From Takakia lepidozioides (taxonomy: Eukaryota > Plantae > Bryophyta): a stretch of DNA of 64,000 nucleotides. Below the pieces are notes generated by a model. It had not been told where the DNA came from. It saw only the letters and a list, made by a program, of their open reading frames with translations, and made no database searches. This document shows, in pieces, positions 12,101-23,726 of this stretch. Within the stretch, counting starts at the first letter, position 1. Every line of letters starts with the position of its first letter. Position numbers and translations under genes: made by a program. The stretch lies in contig CM060731.1 of NCBI GenBank assembly GCA_030704615.1, positions 44,020,001 to 44,084,000 of the forward strand, read 5' to 3'.

Positions 12101-15100
12101 TTGTTTCAGTAACTAACACCTGTTTGAGGGGTGTGGTTGGGACACGGTGGTTATAGGGTGTTTGAAATCAGGGGGAGAGAGGGAAATGAAATGAAATGAG
12201 TGGAGGCCCGGCAAGGGAGTGGGGGCCCGGAAAGAAAGAGGGAGGAAGTCTAAGAGTTCACGGGAAGGGAAGATATGAGATGAAAAGATTCTTTATGAAT
12301 GAAATGCCTTTCTAACATCCACAGGGGTCCCCAGGGCATGGGACTCTGTAGATAACAAGAAAATTCTTCAGAAACCATAAAAGAACATCCAAAGATGAAG
12401 TGACTCATGCAGGTAGGCTGCCAGGCACTTCAGGTCTTCAAAACTGAAAGCTTCTCCAAGAGATTTGGGAGTCCCTAATCGAGAGAGAATTACTCATAAG
12501 ACGTTGTTTGTGATAGCGTTGTAGCCATTGACCCCAGACTGCGAGCGGGACACACTTATGGAGAGAGAGAGAGAGCAGATGGGAAAAATGGGGGAGAGAG
12601 GATGCACTCATGGAACTTTTCTTGATGTGAACTTGTGGCCATAGGCAGTGGGGCATGTATGTGCCATCATGATGCTTGGTCTTGAAAATTATTCAACCTC
12701 TCTCTTAAGTTTCTGTTTGTGTAATCTTTCCTTCGTCCCTTGAGCTAGTGGGCATTATTGAGCTCCTTTTCCTTCCCTTCTGTTTCATTTCCTTTATGGG
12801 AAGGTGTTCCAGTTATTTCTGAGATGTATGGAAGTTTTTTCCCATTCTGACTTGGTGTGATGTTTCTACAGAATACGAAGGGAGGGGATTGACTCAGAGT
12901 TATTGCAACAGGCTCTGGAGGAGCCTAGTGCTGATGTGGACCTAGCACGTGCCAAAGAAACTGTGGAAGTGCTGGAGGCGCAGCTCAAGGAAATGCAACC
13001 TAGCCTGGAATCCATCGGCGAGTACGGCCATGCCCTCTGAGTTGTCCACTGAGATATGTGAAGTTTGTTGTCAATGTATTGGTGTGGGCATTTAGTGTTG
13101 TGGTCCCAAGCTTGACTTGCTGCCTGTTTTGGATGCCCTAAGGTATCGAAAAAAGGCAGCACTGTATGATGAGCGAATAGGAGAGTTCAATGCGGTGACC
13201 CAAGAGCTGGATGAAGTCAAGCATCGCCATGATGATCTGCGCAAAAGAAGGCGAGTCCTCAACCTTACCCTTTAACCTTGAGGTGAAACAGCAGGAATCC
13301 ATGGCAACACTGACTTGCAATCCAAAGAGTACCTCTGAAACAAGAGCAGCAAGAGTACACATACATTCAACTTTACTGGAAATGCACCGGATGGTCTGAA
13401 CCTTTTCCAGTACATTACATGGAGAATCTCTCAACGAATAGTGCATTAGTGGTTTGCCCTCACTGACAATTGTCCAAGACTAGCATATCTCAGGTCTTCC
13501 TCTATGTGGTTGCGCTGACCAAGGATGGGTGGGGGTTGTAGGCTGGATGACTTCATGGCTGGCTTCAACACAATCTCAATGAAACTGAAGGAGATGTACC
13601 AGGTTGGTTTCCTCGTGGATTCTACAACCTTAACTTTGGCAACATTTCGTGGGAGGGAGAAGATATGCTCACTATGGTTGGTTAACTCCCTATTTTTATA
13701 TTTAATAACTAGAATATGTCGGTCATCTGTCACCTGCATTCCTTCCAAAAAGTGTCTCGTTAAGCAGTCAATTGATACTCTACTTCAGATGATTACCTTG
13801 GGTGGAGATGCTGAGCTGGAGCTTGTGGATTCACTGGATCCCTTTGCGGAGGGTGTGGTCTTCACAGTTCGACCTCCCAAAAAGAGCTGGAAAAATATCG
13901 CCAATCTGTCTGGAGGTGAAAAGGTTAAGTTCTACTCTCTGTTTCTTGATGGATGAGGACTGGAGCGTTGTCAAATGCAGCATCTCATGAATCTCTTGAC
14001 ATAAGGGGGTGAACTTGGGATGGTGGCCTGGTGACAGACATTGAGCTCACTGGCATTGGTGTTTGCACTCCATCACTATAAGCCTACTCCCCTGTATGTG
14101 ATGGACGAGATTGATGCTGCCCTTGGTAGGCTCCTGTACCAGTGTGTCATATTATGAACGATGCGACTCTGTTTTCCAGAGGCTTTCCCCAACCCTTTGA
14201 GTTTCAAGGACCCTAAGGGCGTGGCAGTCTACCTGCATGAAGCACTGCATCTTGACATGTTGTTTGATATTCTCTGAAGTGGTCTCTTATAGTTCTACTT
14301 TGTCCTCAGGGCCCTCTGTGGATGTGATATAAAGTCTCTTCAGTTCTCTCTTCCAAGATTTGCTCCCTGTCCTCTAGGAAGCCTATAAGTCAATGGCCAC
14401 AAGGCTACGGCAAACAACGTCTTATGAGTACAATCTCTTCCAAGATTGGGATAATATTGCTGGAAGAATTGAGGTTTCACTCCTGGAACGTGCTTGTGCC
14501 CTCAACATGCATTATGCACTGTTGATGGAATAATAGCAAAGGTTTACTACCAAAACAGTAGCCTTGGCATGTATTCTCTCATTTTGACCTTGTCTGATGT
14601 GCATGTGCAGACTTCAAAAATGTGTCGATAGTGGGTCACTACATCAAGGAGCGCACTAAGGATGCTCAATTTATCATCATCAGGTTGAATGTCTCCCTTG
14701 TATCTGCTCACTAGTCTCAGTATCTGTGAGTGTACATACATGGGGTGCATGTATGGTGCCACATCATTTGCTGAAAGCAAAAATGTTGCTATTGCAGTTT
14801 GCGGAACAATATGTTTGAGCTGGCTGACTACCTTATAGGCATATACAAGACCGACAACTGCACAAAGAGCATCACCATTGATCCTCACAGCTTTGCTGTT
14901 CCTGCACCTGGTAAGATTTCATTGTCTTCATCCGGAATTCCCCAATATCTCGTTCATTGTGCATTCTGCAAGGCCAGTTTCTTGTCGGTCTCTTATCATT
15001 TTGATATGTGACCATCTCTTTACTGAAGTGGTAGGCAACCAGTTTCAGGGGTTCCTTGCAGCTGGTAGGGGCTTCGTATGGTACCCTCCAACATAGGACG

Positions 15101-15383
15101 TGCACAACTGGGTCCAGGACCAGTAAGTGTGGCTCTTGTTGCGCTATCCACTAAGCTGTCTGCGAAATCTGCAATCTGCTAATACTAAGTCTTGGCACAG
15201 TCACACGGCCTCACTTTTGAGCTGCCACTGTTGCTGCCACTGTTGCTCCCAACACCTTTCTCTGTTGGGTTAAGTTCTGGAAACTTCACCACAAGTGGTC
15301 TTATTGAAACAGGTGGAAGAGCATCGACCAAGAAAGTGAGGCGGAAAAGAAAAAGTGCAGCTGCGACAGACAGCTGGAGTTGA
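110..15383 (+). CDS. SMC4: Structural maintenance of chromosomes protein 4 (condensin subunit), ~28-30 exons
   Basis: N-terminal [17 protein letters not shown], Walker [10 protein letters not shown] (exon 393-482), RFLILQ/GEVEQI, hinge [12 protein letters not shown]...GVATF...SGTMTGGG, signature LSGGEKTLSSLAL and Walker [14 protein letters not shown] (13789-14683). Exons spliced by eye at GT/AG, e.g. 110-247, 393-482, 680-781, 968-1144 through 14798-14910. The last two exons (15097-15122, 15201-15383) are tentative. Confidence 0.96.
4450..6185 (-). mobile_element. Head-to-tail cluster of 5'-truncated non-LTR retrotransposon (RTE/RTEX-like) 3' ends in an SMC4 intron
   Basis: Repeated (GAAAT)n + GGTGCTTTATAACGTCCGCGGAAAGCTCATAGAGCTTATGGGAC units. 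Minus-strand translations such as [29 protein letters not shown] match the longer copy at 29707-30069. Confidence 0.85.
7140..7290 (+). mobile_element. LINE 3' end, same family, plus orientation
   Basis: CTCGAGCAATAG...CATAAGCTCTATGAGCTTTCC...ACCATTCCATTTCATTT. Confidence 0.8.
9160..9520 (-). mobile_element. LINE 3' fragments, same family
   Basis: GAAATGAAATGG...AATGTCCGCGGAAAGCTCAAAGAGCTTATGGGAC, plus ORF-end sequence GCTGCCAAGCATTTCTGATCCTCATA. Confidence 0.75.
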
Positions 15384-16958
15384 GGAGAGAGTGGCTGCTA
15401 AGACCCTTCATTGAAGGTCCTCAGCTGTCACCGCTGGATCTAACGGCTGTCTCCTGTATATATACACTTAGGTAGCCTAGAAAGCCAGCCGCTTGCATCT
15501 TCAATGAGCGGCTGATGTACATGTTCTTTTAGCACACGGAGAACTCGCATTTGGTTCCTTCGATCAGTCACTATCTTCAGTGACTCGTCCGATGCAACTT
15601 GTAAATGTGTGGAAGATGAAGCTTGGGAAACAACAACGCTGACTGGGCGCGCAGCGACATATTCAAGCCAACATTGGGCATTGAGGCCTTATTTTACAGC
15701 CTCTGTTCATTCTTATATGGATACTTTTGACTGTAGTCCACCTCAATGCAGCTGTGCCCTGGCTCCTTTCAGATCAATTTTCTCGGTGGATGCGCGCAAG
15801 TTCCAGCATCCTGCGGATTTGACTTGAGAAGACATTTTGCCACTCTCTCGTCAACGCGTGGTGGAAACTTGAACTCCTTGGCAGGTGCTACACTGTATAT
15901 CACAACTGGCATCAAAAAAGTTTTTGTATTAGGTCAAGCATTGCAAAGAGTATTAGGTGACAGGTCTATGTGATTTGAGAGCTCGACGCTCGAAGTACAT
16001 AAAATACGAGTTGTAAGGCTTTACCGAGTCTCACATGCATCATCCTTGGTTGGTGGTTGGTAGAAGATCATTATAAGATAAATTAATTGCCTTTCTATGC
16101 CTAATCTTGGATTAGGCGTCCAAGACCATTCCGGGTCAATGCCATAACAGGAAAAGGGCTATTAGAGTAGTTTGACATGGAACCATATGTAACCAGAAAA
16201 ATTAAACTTGGGTTATGGGTATCAGTAGATTGATACCATGGGTAGTATTTAGTTTTTTAAATATGCTCTGTAATTCATATCGAAAGGAGTCTGGGAAAAA
16301 AATAACCAGGACCGGGGGCCATGAGGAATACATTGTGAACGATGGGGTAACACCCAGGAACCGGCCACTCAGGGAAGGGCTCTACGCAAAGACCATGGCT
16401 ACTCTCAAGTACGAACAGGGAGCCCTTAGCCAGGTCAGGCATGTATACTAAGCATCCAATGGATCGGAGAGAAAAAGATGAACACCCCCATCTGGATCAG
16501 ACCAGAAAACTGAGGGGTCAAAAGAAAAAGAAGGCCAAGGACGTAAGCACATACCAGAAAACAAAAGAAGAAACAAGTATCACCCAGAACAAAAGGTAAA
16601 CTAACCCCCCACCCCAAACCTGAATCAATGCTGCCGAAGAGTGTGTATTATTGTGTAATGCCTGCGACATTTCTTACTCTTTACCTCAAGATCTTTTCTC
16701 ATAGGAAGCTACCAGCGGGGAGAAAGGATGATGGAAGATGAAAAGAAAAGAAATCATCCTTTTTCTGTACGCAGGGTAACACCCCTCCTGTGGGGCATTC
16801 CCAGATATTCTGGCCTTCCCCTCATGCTACCGGCTACACCTTGAGGCTTACGTATTGGGTAATACCCTGAGTGGAGGGCATTCCCGGATTTAAGGGCCTG
16901 ACGTCTTTTTCTATCATCCTTTCGTAATGCGATTTTGCAATTGAACTTCTCAAAAAAA

Positions 16959-17223
16959 CGTTAAAAGCAGGTGTGGCGGATTCTGCCACTTTTTCGGCCT
17001 AATTCTCAAGCCGAGCCAAATCGGCAGGATGGCCGATTACGCACAGAGGACGGCAGACCTACCACCGAGGCCCATGTCATCAGCCATCAACCAACCCACC
17101 TTCCCCTAAGGCTCGCCCCGTTTATATCCTCTCCGGGGCTCTGAATCTGGCCAATCGGATAATCGAACCTCAATCATATTGCGCCACGTAGCGGCGAGAA
17201 CCCCGCCACACCTGCTTTTAACG
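16959..17223. mobile_element. MITE-like element with perfect 21-bp terminal inverted repeats
   Basis: CGTTAAAAGCAGGTGTGGCGG ... CCGCCACACCTGCTTTTAACG. Confidence 0.7.
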
Positions 17224-17228
17224 CCAGT

Positions 17229-17345
17229 GAACGGGCCGCGTTGGCCGACTCTGCCTTGTGCGCGGCCATAGGGCTCGCCCTGACGGGCTCGCCCAAAGGC
17301 CGCTTACAGGGCAGAATCGGCCAAACAAGGCCCGTTCTCTAGTAC
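17229..17345. mobile_element. Fold-back/MITE-like repeat, with a second copy inverted at ~36197-36262
   Basis: GAACGGGCC..GGCCGACTCTGCC / GGCAGAATCGGCC..GGCCCGTTC; 36197-36262 is the near reverse complement of 17279-17345. Confidence 0.65.
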
Positions 17346-17869
17346 AAAATGGATCATTCCATACCAGAATTGGACTGCCTGAGCTTCCGTAACCCCTTGG
17401 GATTTAATTACGCGGGAAGAGATATGGGGTTTTTTGTTTTTAAAGAGAAGGATTTAATTACTTTCATATGCATGGGCATCATTAACCCGTAATGTCCTAT
17501 AGAAATTTTGGCAAAAATCTGCCTATTCAAGCCTTCCGGTCAGCGTATACTTTGTGTATATCTAAACATATATTATGCATATTTCTCCTGTACTAGCACA
17601 CCTATAGTATGTGTACTCCACCATTACCTTTGTGGCCTCTCTCCTGCCTCTCATGTAAATCACAAAATTCCACATTCATGAAGAATGCAGTGAAACTTTG
17701 ATTCAGGCATTGTTGGGATAGGAGAAACATCTCTATGTAGAGACTACGGAATGATAGATTTCTTGCTTGGTCAGGTCTTCATGTTTCCAAATCCTTAATT
17801 TGACTGCAGTTCAAGAGAGAGTATGAGTAGGTGTGCACTGGTTATGTTGATGATCATAGTACAAGGAGA

Positions 17870-18017
17870 ATGAATTGGTTTCAGAGCTATGTGCAATGAG
17901 CATGACAATGGCAACGATTGCCATGGCAGCCGTTTCTATGCGTAAATGGAGAGGGCCAAGACCAACAGTTACCGCCCCTGCACCAACCAATGATTCAATC
18001 TCCTCGGTGGTAAAATC
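17870..18017 (-). pseudogene. Orphan 3' exon of an RsmE-type (16S rRNA m3U1498) SPOUT methyltransferase
   Basis: DFTTEEIESLVGAGAVTVGLGPLHLRIETAAMAIVA resembles the RsmE C-terminal (GPEG)xFxxxE...LGPRxLRxETA motif. It is preceded by a CAG acceptor; no upstream exons were recognised. Confidence 0.65.
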
Positions 18018-19839
18018 TGCATGCTTATGAACCCCAGCTGTATTAATAGTTGTATACATACAGGTTAAATATATGGTATCTTCTTACCCTAAATAACCCT
18101 AGTTGACCAAGGGTCTAAAGCAAACCACAGGCACGAGAGTCTTATCCCGGGCTTTTGGAATCTTAAGCCCAGGCTCAAGAATGTTCCATATCCCCGGATA
18201 GTGTACGAGTATGGCCTTTTTGGGCTTCCGTAGACTCGCTCCCTGATCCCCCAACCGCGCCCCTCCCGAGGCTCCACACGCCTGACCACACATGTGGGGC
18301 TCACCAACCCGCCAACATTTTGGTGGGCCAGCCATCCCCCGGGTCTACCCTCACATCTGCCCACTCCCCACCTTACCTACTTCTCATCCCTTTGGTTTTG
18401 TTAAATAAACAAAAAATTAAATGAGGATTGCTTGGCATTGTTTTGAGAGTGCAAGTTTAGGACGCACAGATCTGGGTGCTCAACACGCCCTACAATCCAC
18501 AGCACAGAAAATTCTAAGAAAAAAAATCTGCAGAAGTTATTAACTCGTGAGTAACTCACTGCGGGCCTGGTGGGCGCTTAAGGGTTAATGCTTCATTGAC
18601 AAGAACAGGAACAACCTCCCAACTGGTACCCATCAAACATACAATATAGATTATCTGGTTTGTCTTTTGTTTTTTGTTTAGGTTTTTATGCCGATGTGAA
18701 AACTACAAGACCAACCTTCCGGAGGATATACCAACCTCCAAACTGTTCAGAATTTAGAGAAAATTTAGAACTGGTAAGAACAACCTTCCAGTTGGTATCA
18801 TCGAACATGATAGAAACAACCTTCCGTAAGAAAAACGTAATTGTTTGGATTGTATGCAAAGTGTAAAATGACATGAACAACCCTCCGAAGGGTACACTAA
18901 CATATGTATTGAGCCTTCCTCAAGGGGGAAATGAAACGATCATTGACTTTCACATTTGTATGATCAACATTTCAGATCATATGCCTAAATTATACATTGT
19001 TCCTCAAGTTTTTTGCATAATATATTATATTTCCAATCAAAAGAAACATTGTTTTGAGAAGTCATCACTACATAGTAGTACGGATCACCCCCGAAAGGGG
19101 GGAGTAGCCGCAAGGCGAAGTGGCTCTTAGTTATGCTGGCCTCGACAGAGTCTTCTCTCTCTCAACACGTAGTCCTTAGAGTAGTACAGTAGAAAGCAAA
19201 TATTTAACCTATGGCTAGTAACTCACTTGGATAAGTGTACTGTGTGTCACATTGGTGGTTCAGGGTTCAAATCCTACTACTCTGTCCTATGGATATGATT
19301 TGTTTCGTGATCAGTTGGTCTTGGATGACGTTTCCTCCTGTGTGCCCAATGGCTTATCTTTAAAGTCCCCCCTCCTCAAGGGCCTATATTGTGAGCAGTC
19401 ACTCCCAGTTTCCTTCCAAAAAACAAACATATACACATACACATATATAAATAATAATTTGAATAATGTAATATTATTATACTATAAGCAACAATATTTC
19501 CCTAGTGAAAAGGCGAGGATTACTAAAATATATCACATATATTTGAATTCAGGAGAGTTTCGTTGGCCAATCCTCCCCCCCCCCAACACAAAATGAACCA
19601 AAAATCAAAAAGATGGTTTCGCTGAAGAAACTCATTGTGAGTACAAATTTGTAACTTTTAAAGTGTGGTCCCATTTTTGTTTCGCCATAATCTATTATCC
19701 ATATATTCTTAGAATATGGAAAATATCCTATTTGCTCACACTAAAAAAGTGTTTCCCCTCGGTGAGACCTTATGACCTCCCTAGTGGTTACTTTTTCCAC
19801 CACATTGTGGTTCTTATTTTTAGTGGCTCTGTCCCGTAA

Positions 19840-20031
19840 GGGATAGAGGCATTGTGGAGACTTCTTGCCTAGGCGGAGCTAGGCAGAGAAAGAACGGAGA
19901 ACTAGGCTTATCCATTAATCCTAGAGAGAGAGAGCCTAGTCTTTAGAGGGTGGATGGAACCCGCAATGGATAGAGGCATTGTGGAGGCTTCTTGCCTAGG
20001 CGGAGCTAGGCAGAGGCTCATCTATTAAGCC

Positions 20032-20064
<33 letters not shown>

Positions 20065-20175
20065 TAGTCTTTAGAGGGTTGATGGAACCGCAAGGGATAG
20101 AGGCATTGTGGAGACAATCTTTAGGGAGAGAACTAGGCTTATCCATTTAGCCTAGTCTATGGAGGGTTGATGGGC
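19840..20175. repeat. Three imperfect tandem units (~130 bp) with (AG)n tracts
   Basis: GGATAGAGGCATTGTGGAG recurs at ~19841, ~19968, ~20095. Confidence 0.8.
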
Positions 20176-21956
20176 ATGATTCATGAAGCCCTAGGAAAAG
20201 TATAAAACAACAACCACAAAATCACCAAAGGAGATAGCCTCTTGTGGGAGCCGCTTGTTTATTTTGAGTAAAAGGGCCATTGTCCCTTTCTCTTTATTTT
20301 AAATAAGAAAAATGATATCTAATGGATCGGTATGAAGAATAATTTTGTTCAATAAAATCAACATATGAAGCAAGGTAGTTTGTTTGTTTTGTTTTATTTT
20401 ATTTTATTTGTTTGTTTGTTTTGTCGTGTTGAGATCTCCCAAACCGCAGGCCCCGGTTTTGGTGCTTGGTGCCGTTGGAAAGCCCTCGAGGAGGGGTGCA
20501 TGGGCTTGGTCTCATAAATTTTGGACCTGCGGTGTGGGATATGTGGAAATCCAAATACCTCATACCCGCGGTTACTTGGTGTCCCCCTAGACACCTATCA
20601 TATTTGTATAGGGCCCCACCCTCGAAAAGGGGGCAGTAGCCGCAAGGCAAAGTGGCTCTTAGTTACTCCGGCCTCGGCCGGAGTCTTCTCTCTCTTTGCA
20701 CACTGGGCTTGGGCTTAGATGACACTGGACACTTGGGCCAACGCTACTCTAGTAATGACACTATTGAGAACCTTATATCAAACCGGCAAAGAAAGACCAT
20801 CTGAAATTAATTTTGCCACTTTCTGTTTTCAAATCCAGATAACTTTCTTCATTTTAACAAAACTGACAATACCCTACACCGGCCAATCTCACCATGATCG
20901 GATATGGGGATACCCACCCACCACTGGAAATTACTGTACTAAAAGGCCTCCAAAACATACACGGAAATTCCCCCCATTAGGTTATAATTGTTAGCACTCT
21001 AAGGTCCTGCGGCTTCACTAACACTCTTCAGGATTTCTTAGGAACGGTGAGTGAGGACAACAAGTGTGTAAGGCCATGCTAATGTGACTCCATCACCCCG
21101 TTTTTGCTGTGGTTGCAATATGCAGCTCAAGCTGGAGAGGTGTCTTCGTCATTGCATCTGTTGAATACCATGCCTCATATTGTGGTTATCAAGTAACCAA
21201 GTTGGGTGTCTGTCTCTCTCTATTTTTTAAGAAAATTAGAAATTTAGAAGAGGGGGAAGAGGCCCTCCAATTGTATTGCAGCGAGGTGGAAAAAATAACC
21301 ACTTAAAGAGGCCGCGAACTTAGGCTTACAGTGGGAAACCACCCGGTGACCGCTCTTAATAAAGTCACCAAAGAAACAATGTCTTTAGCTGAAACAGCAC
21401 CAACTTCCCCGAGCTTCTGAACCGCAACTTCTCTCAAGCTTTCACAAATCCTAGAAAGAGATTAGCTCGAAACCCTGGCCAAATATCTGGATGGATGAAA
21501 CCAGAGTACTAGACACTAGACCTATTATAGAACATATATCTATATATATGTTTATATATACATGTGTATTTAGAACAAATATATATAGAACATGGCATGC
21601 AAAGACATGGCACAGTCACTGGGCATACATGGGCGTACTATATTGCCTATGTTTTTTTTCCTTTTTTATTTTTGAACCAAAATCACATCTTACACACATG
21701 TTGAGAGCCTATGCAGGGCAGTGGACTAGTTTAAGCACTGAAGGTAACTTAACTGCAGATAGGAACGTGCACTCCAGTAAGTAGTGCTGTATCCTTGGAC
21801 AAAGCACATATCACATCGCTATCAGGGAAACTTTACATTCTTTAGGTCCTTTCCACTTGCGGGCAGCCTATCTGGGGAGCTGACAAGCAGCTTCATTCAT
21901 CATATCTATCAATGTCTCAGTGCTTGGGTTTCGCTCAATAAGAGTTTGAAGGGCAC

Positions 21957-23162
21957 TCAAATTCGTGAAGCAATGAGCGGAGTGGCTTTCTGGAGATAGG
22001 CACCTGCTGCTGCCACGCCACTGCCTAAAGAAACGGGATAACCAACCTCCTGTAATACCATCTCCACACCTGCAAGAGCACCAAGCAATTGGAGCTCGTT
22101 CAGATTTCCAAGATGCCCAATCCGAAACACTTTCCCTGCAACTTTGTTTAGGCCAACTCCAAGGCTGAGGTTGAACTTCTTCCATGCAAGCTTCACGATC
22201 TCTGCGCTGTCAATGTAAGATGGCACAAGCACAGCAGTGACAGTATCGCTGTGCCACTCTGCCTTTTGCGTGCACAGCTTGAGACCCCAAGCCTTCACGG
22301 CTTCCCTTGTAGATTGTGCAAGTCGATGGTGCCTGGCAATGACATTCTCGAGACCTTCCTCAAAAATGAGGTCCAGAGAAGCGCGCAGACCATAAAGCAT
22401 CTGGCTGGAAGGAGTGTACGGCCAATAGGAGCCAGCTTTGTAATACTTCATGTAATCTGCCCAGTCAAAAAATACTCTGCAGGATTTGGCAGTTTTTGCA
22501 GCTTCCAAAGCCTTGGGCCCCGCACATACAATTCCCAGGCCTGTAGGCAGAGAGAGTGCCTTCTGTGATCCAGTCAAAGCAACGTCCACTCTCCAATCAT
22601 CCATGCGAAAATCAATGGCACCAATTGATGATACACCATCCACCAGCAACAAGGCTGGATGTGCGGTCTCATCGAGTACCTTCCGTACTGCGCCAATATC
22701 GTTTGTGACCCCCGTGGATGTCTCATTGTGCACACAACAGACTGCCTTGATAGCATGCGAGTAATCCGCGGATAGCTTCTGCTTCAAAACAGCCAGCTTG
22801 ATACCGGTTCCCCACTCACACTCTATCACATCCACGTCGAATTTGAGGCGCTGCATCTGGTCTATCCAGAGGAGACTAAACTGTCCTAATTCGAACGAGA
22901 TAATCTTGTCCCCCGGTGACAATGTATTGGTCAATGCACTCTCCCATGCACCAGTTCCTGTTGTAGGAAAGATGAAGGAAACCGCATCCTTGGTCTTGAA
23001 GATTTGCTTCACATCCTCAATAACCGATTTGGAAAGCTTCGGGAAAGCAGGGGAGCGATGGTCTTCGTTACTCCTGTTCATAGCCCTCAGGATCGGCTCC
23101 GGTACATTGGTAGGCCCAGGCACGAACAAATGGTTCCTTCCAGGCGCTGGGTAGTACTCCAT
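21957..23162 (-). CDS. AGT1: Peroxisomal serine:glyoxylate / alanine:glyoxylate aminotransferase (class V PLP), intronless CDS
   Basis: 401 aa. PGRNHLFVPGPTN, HNETSTGV, DGVSS, PLP-lysine motif TGSQKAL, FRIGHLG, and C-terminal PTS1 SRI. Confidence 0.97.
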   Translation of the reverse strand: MEYYPAPGRNHLFVPGPTNVPEPILRAMNRSNEDHRSPAFPKLSKSVIEDVKQIFKTKDAVSFIFPTTGTGAWESALTNTLSPGDKIISFELGQFSLLWIDQMQRLKFDVDVIECEWGTGIKLAVLKQKLSADYSHAIKAVCCVHNETSTGVTNDIGAVRKVLDETAHPALLLVDGVSSIGAIDFRMDDWRVDVALTGSQKALSLPTGLGIVCAGPKALEAAKTAKSCRVFFDWADYMKYYKAGSYWPYTPSSQMLYGLRASLDLIFEEGLENVIARHHRLAQSTREAVKAWGLKLCTQKAEWHSDTVTAVLVPSYIDSAEIVKLAWKKFNLSLGVGLNKVAGKVFRIGHLGNLNELQLLGALAGVEMVLQEVGYPVSLGSGVAAAGAYLQKATPLIASRI

Positions 23163-23518
23163 CTCTGCGCACTACAGGCCGCTTCCTAACTTCTCCTCTC
23201 ACAAATGCAATTCTCGTACACTCTCCTGAGCCTTGACAGGCCACAGTGGTAATCAATTTCTTTCAGAAAGCCTCAGTTGCAACCTCCTTGAAGAATGGCC
23301 GCATACATATGAGGCTGCGCAGCCGAAAGGCCTCACCTTCGCACTGCACTTGAAATGTTGTGGAAACTATTATCAGCAGCAGGAAAACGCAGTGCAGTGC
23401 ATATGAAAAGCGCAGTGCAGTGCACTTGGGTGATAAGAAAGCGCAAGCAAGCATAGCCTCACATTGCAGAAACCAGTGCCACCCATTCCGCCCATCCGAC
23501 GTAGACAAGTTGGCGCCA

Positions 23519-23726
23519 AAACTTGTGCCACGTAGGTGCCATGTAGGCAAATGACCCACTTCCATTTCTTAAACTTGTGCCACGTAGGTGCCACGTAGGA
23601 AAATGACCCACTTCCATTTTCTTAAACTTGTGCCACGTAGGTGACATGTAAGCAAATGACCACTTCCATTCTTAAACTTGTGCCACGTACGTGCCATGTA
23701 AGCAAATGACCCACTTCCATTTTCTT
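23519..23726. promoter_or_regulatory. Four ~52-bp tandem repeats with five GCCACGT (ABRE/G-box-type ACGTGGC) sites upstream of AGT1
   Basis: AAACTTGTGCCACGTAGGTGCCATGTAGGCAAATGACCCACTTCCATTTCTT units start at ~23519, 23571, 23624, 23674. A regulatory role is inferred. Confidence 0.6.

Noticed and set aside
19098-19125. 16S rRNA fragment (GGGGAGTA..GCCGCAAGG)
   Set aside because: Similarity is limited to ~20 nt with no flanking rRNA sequence
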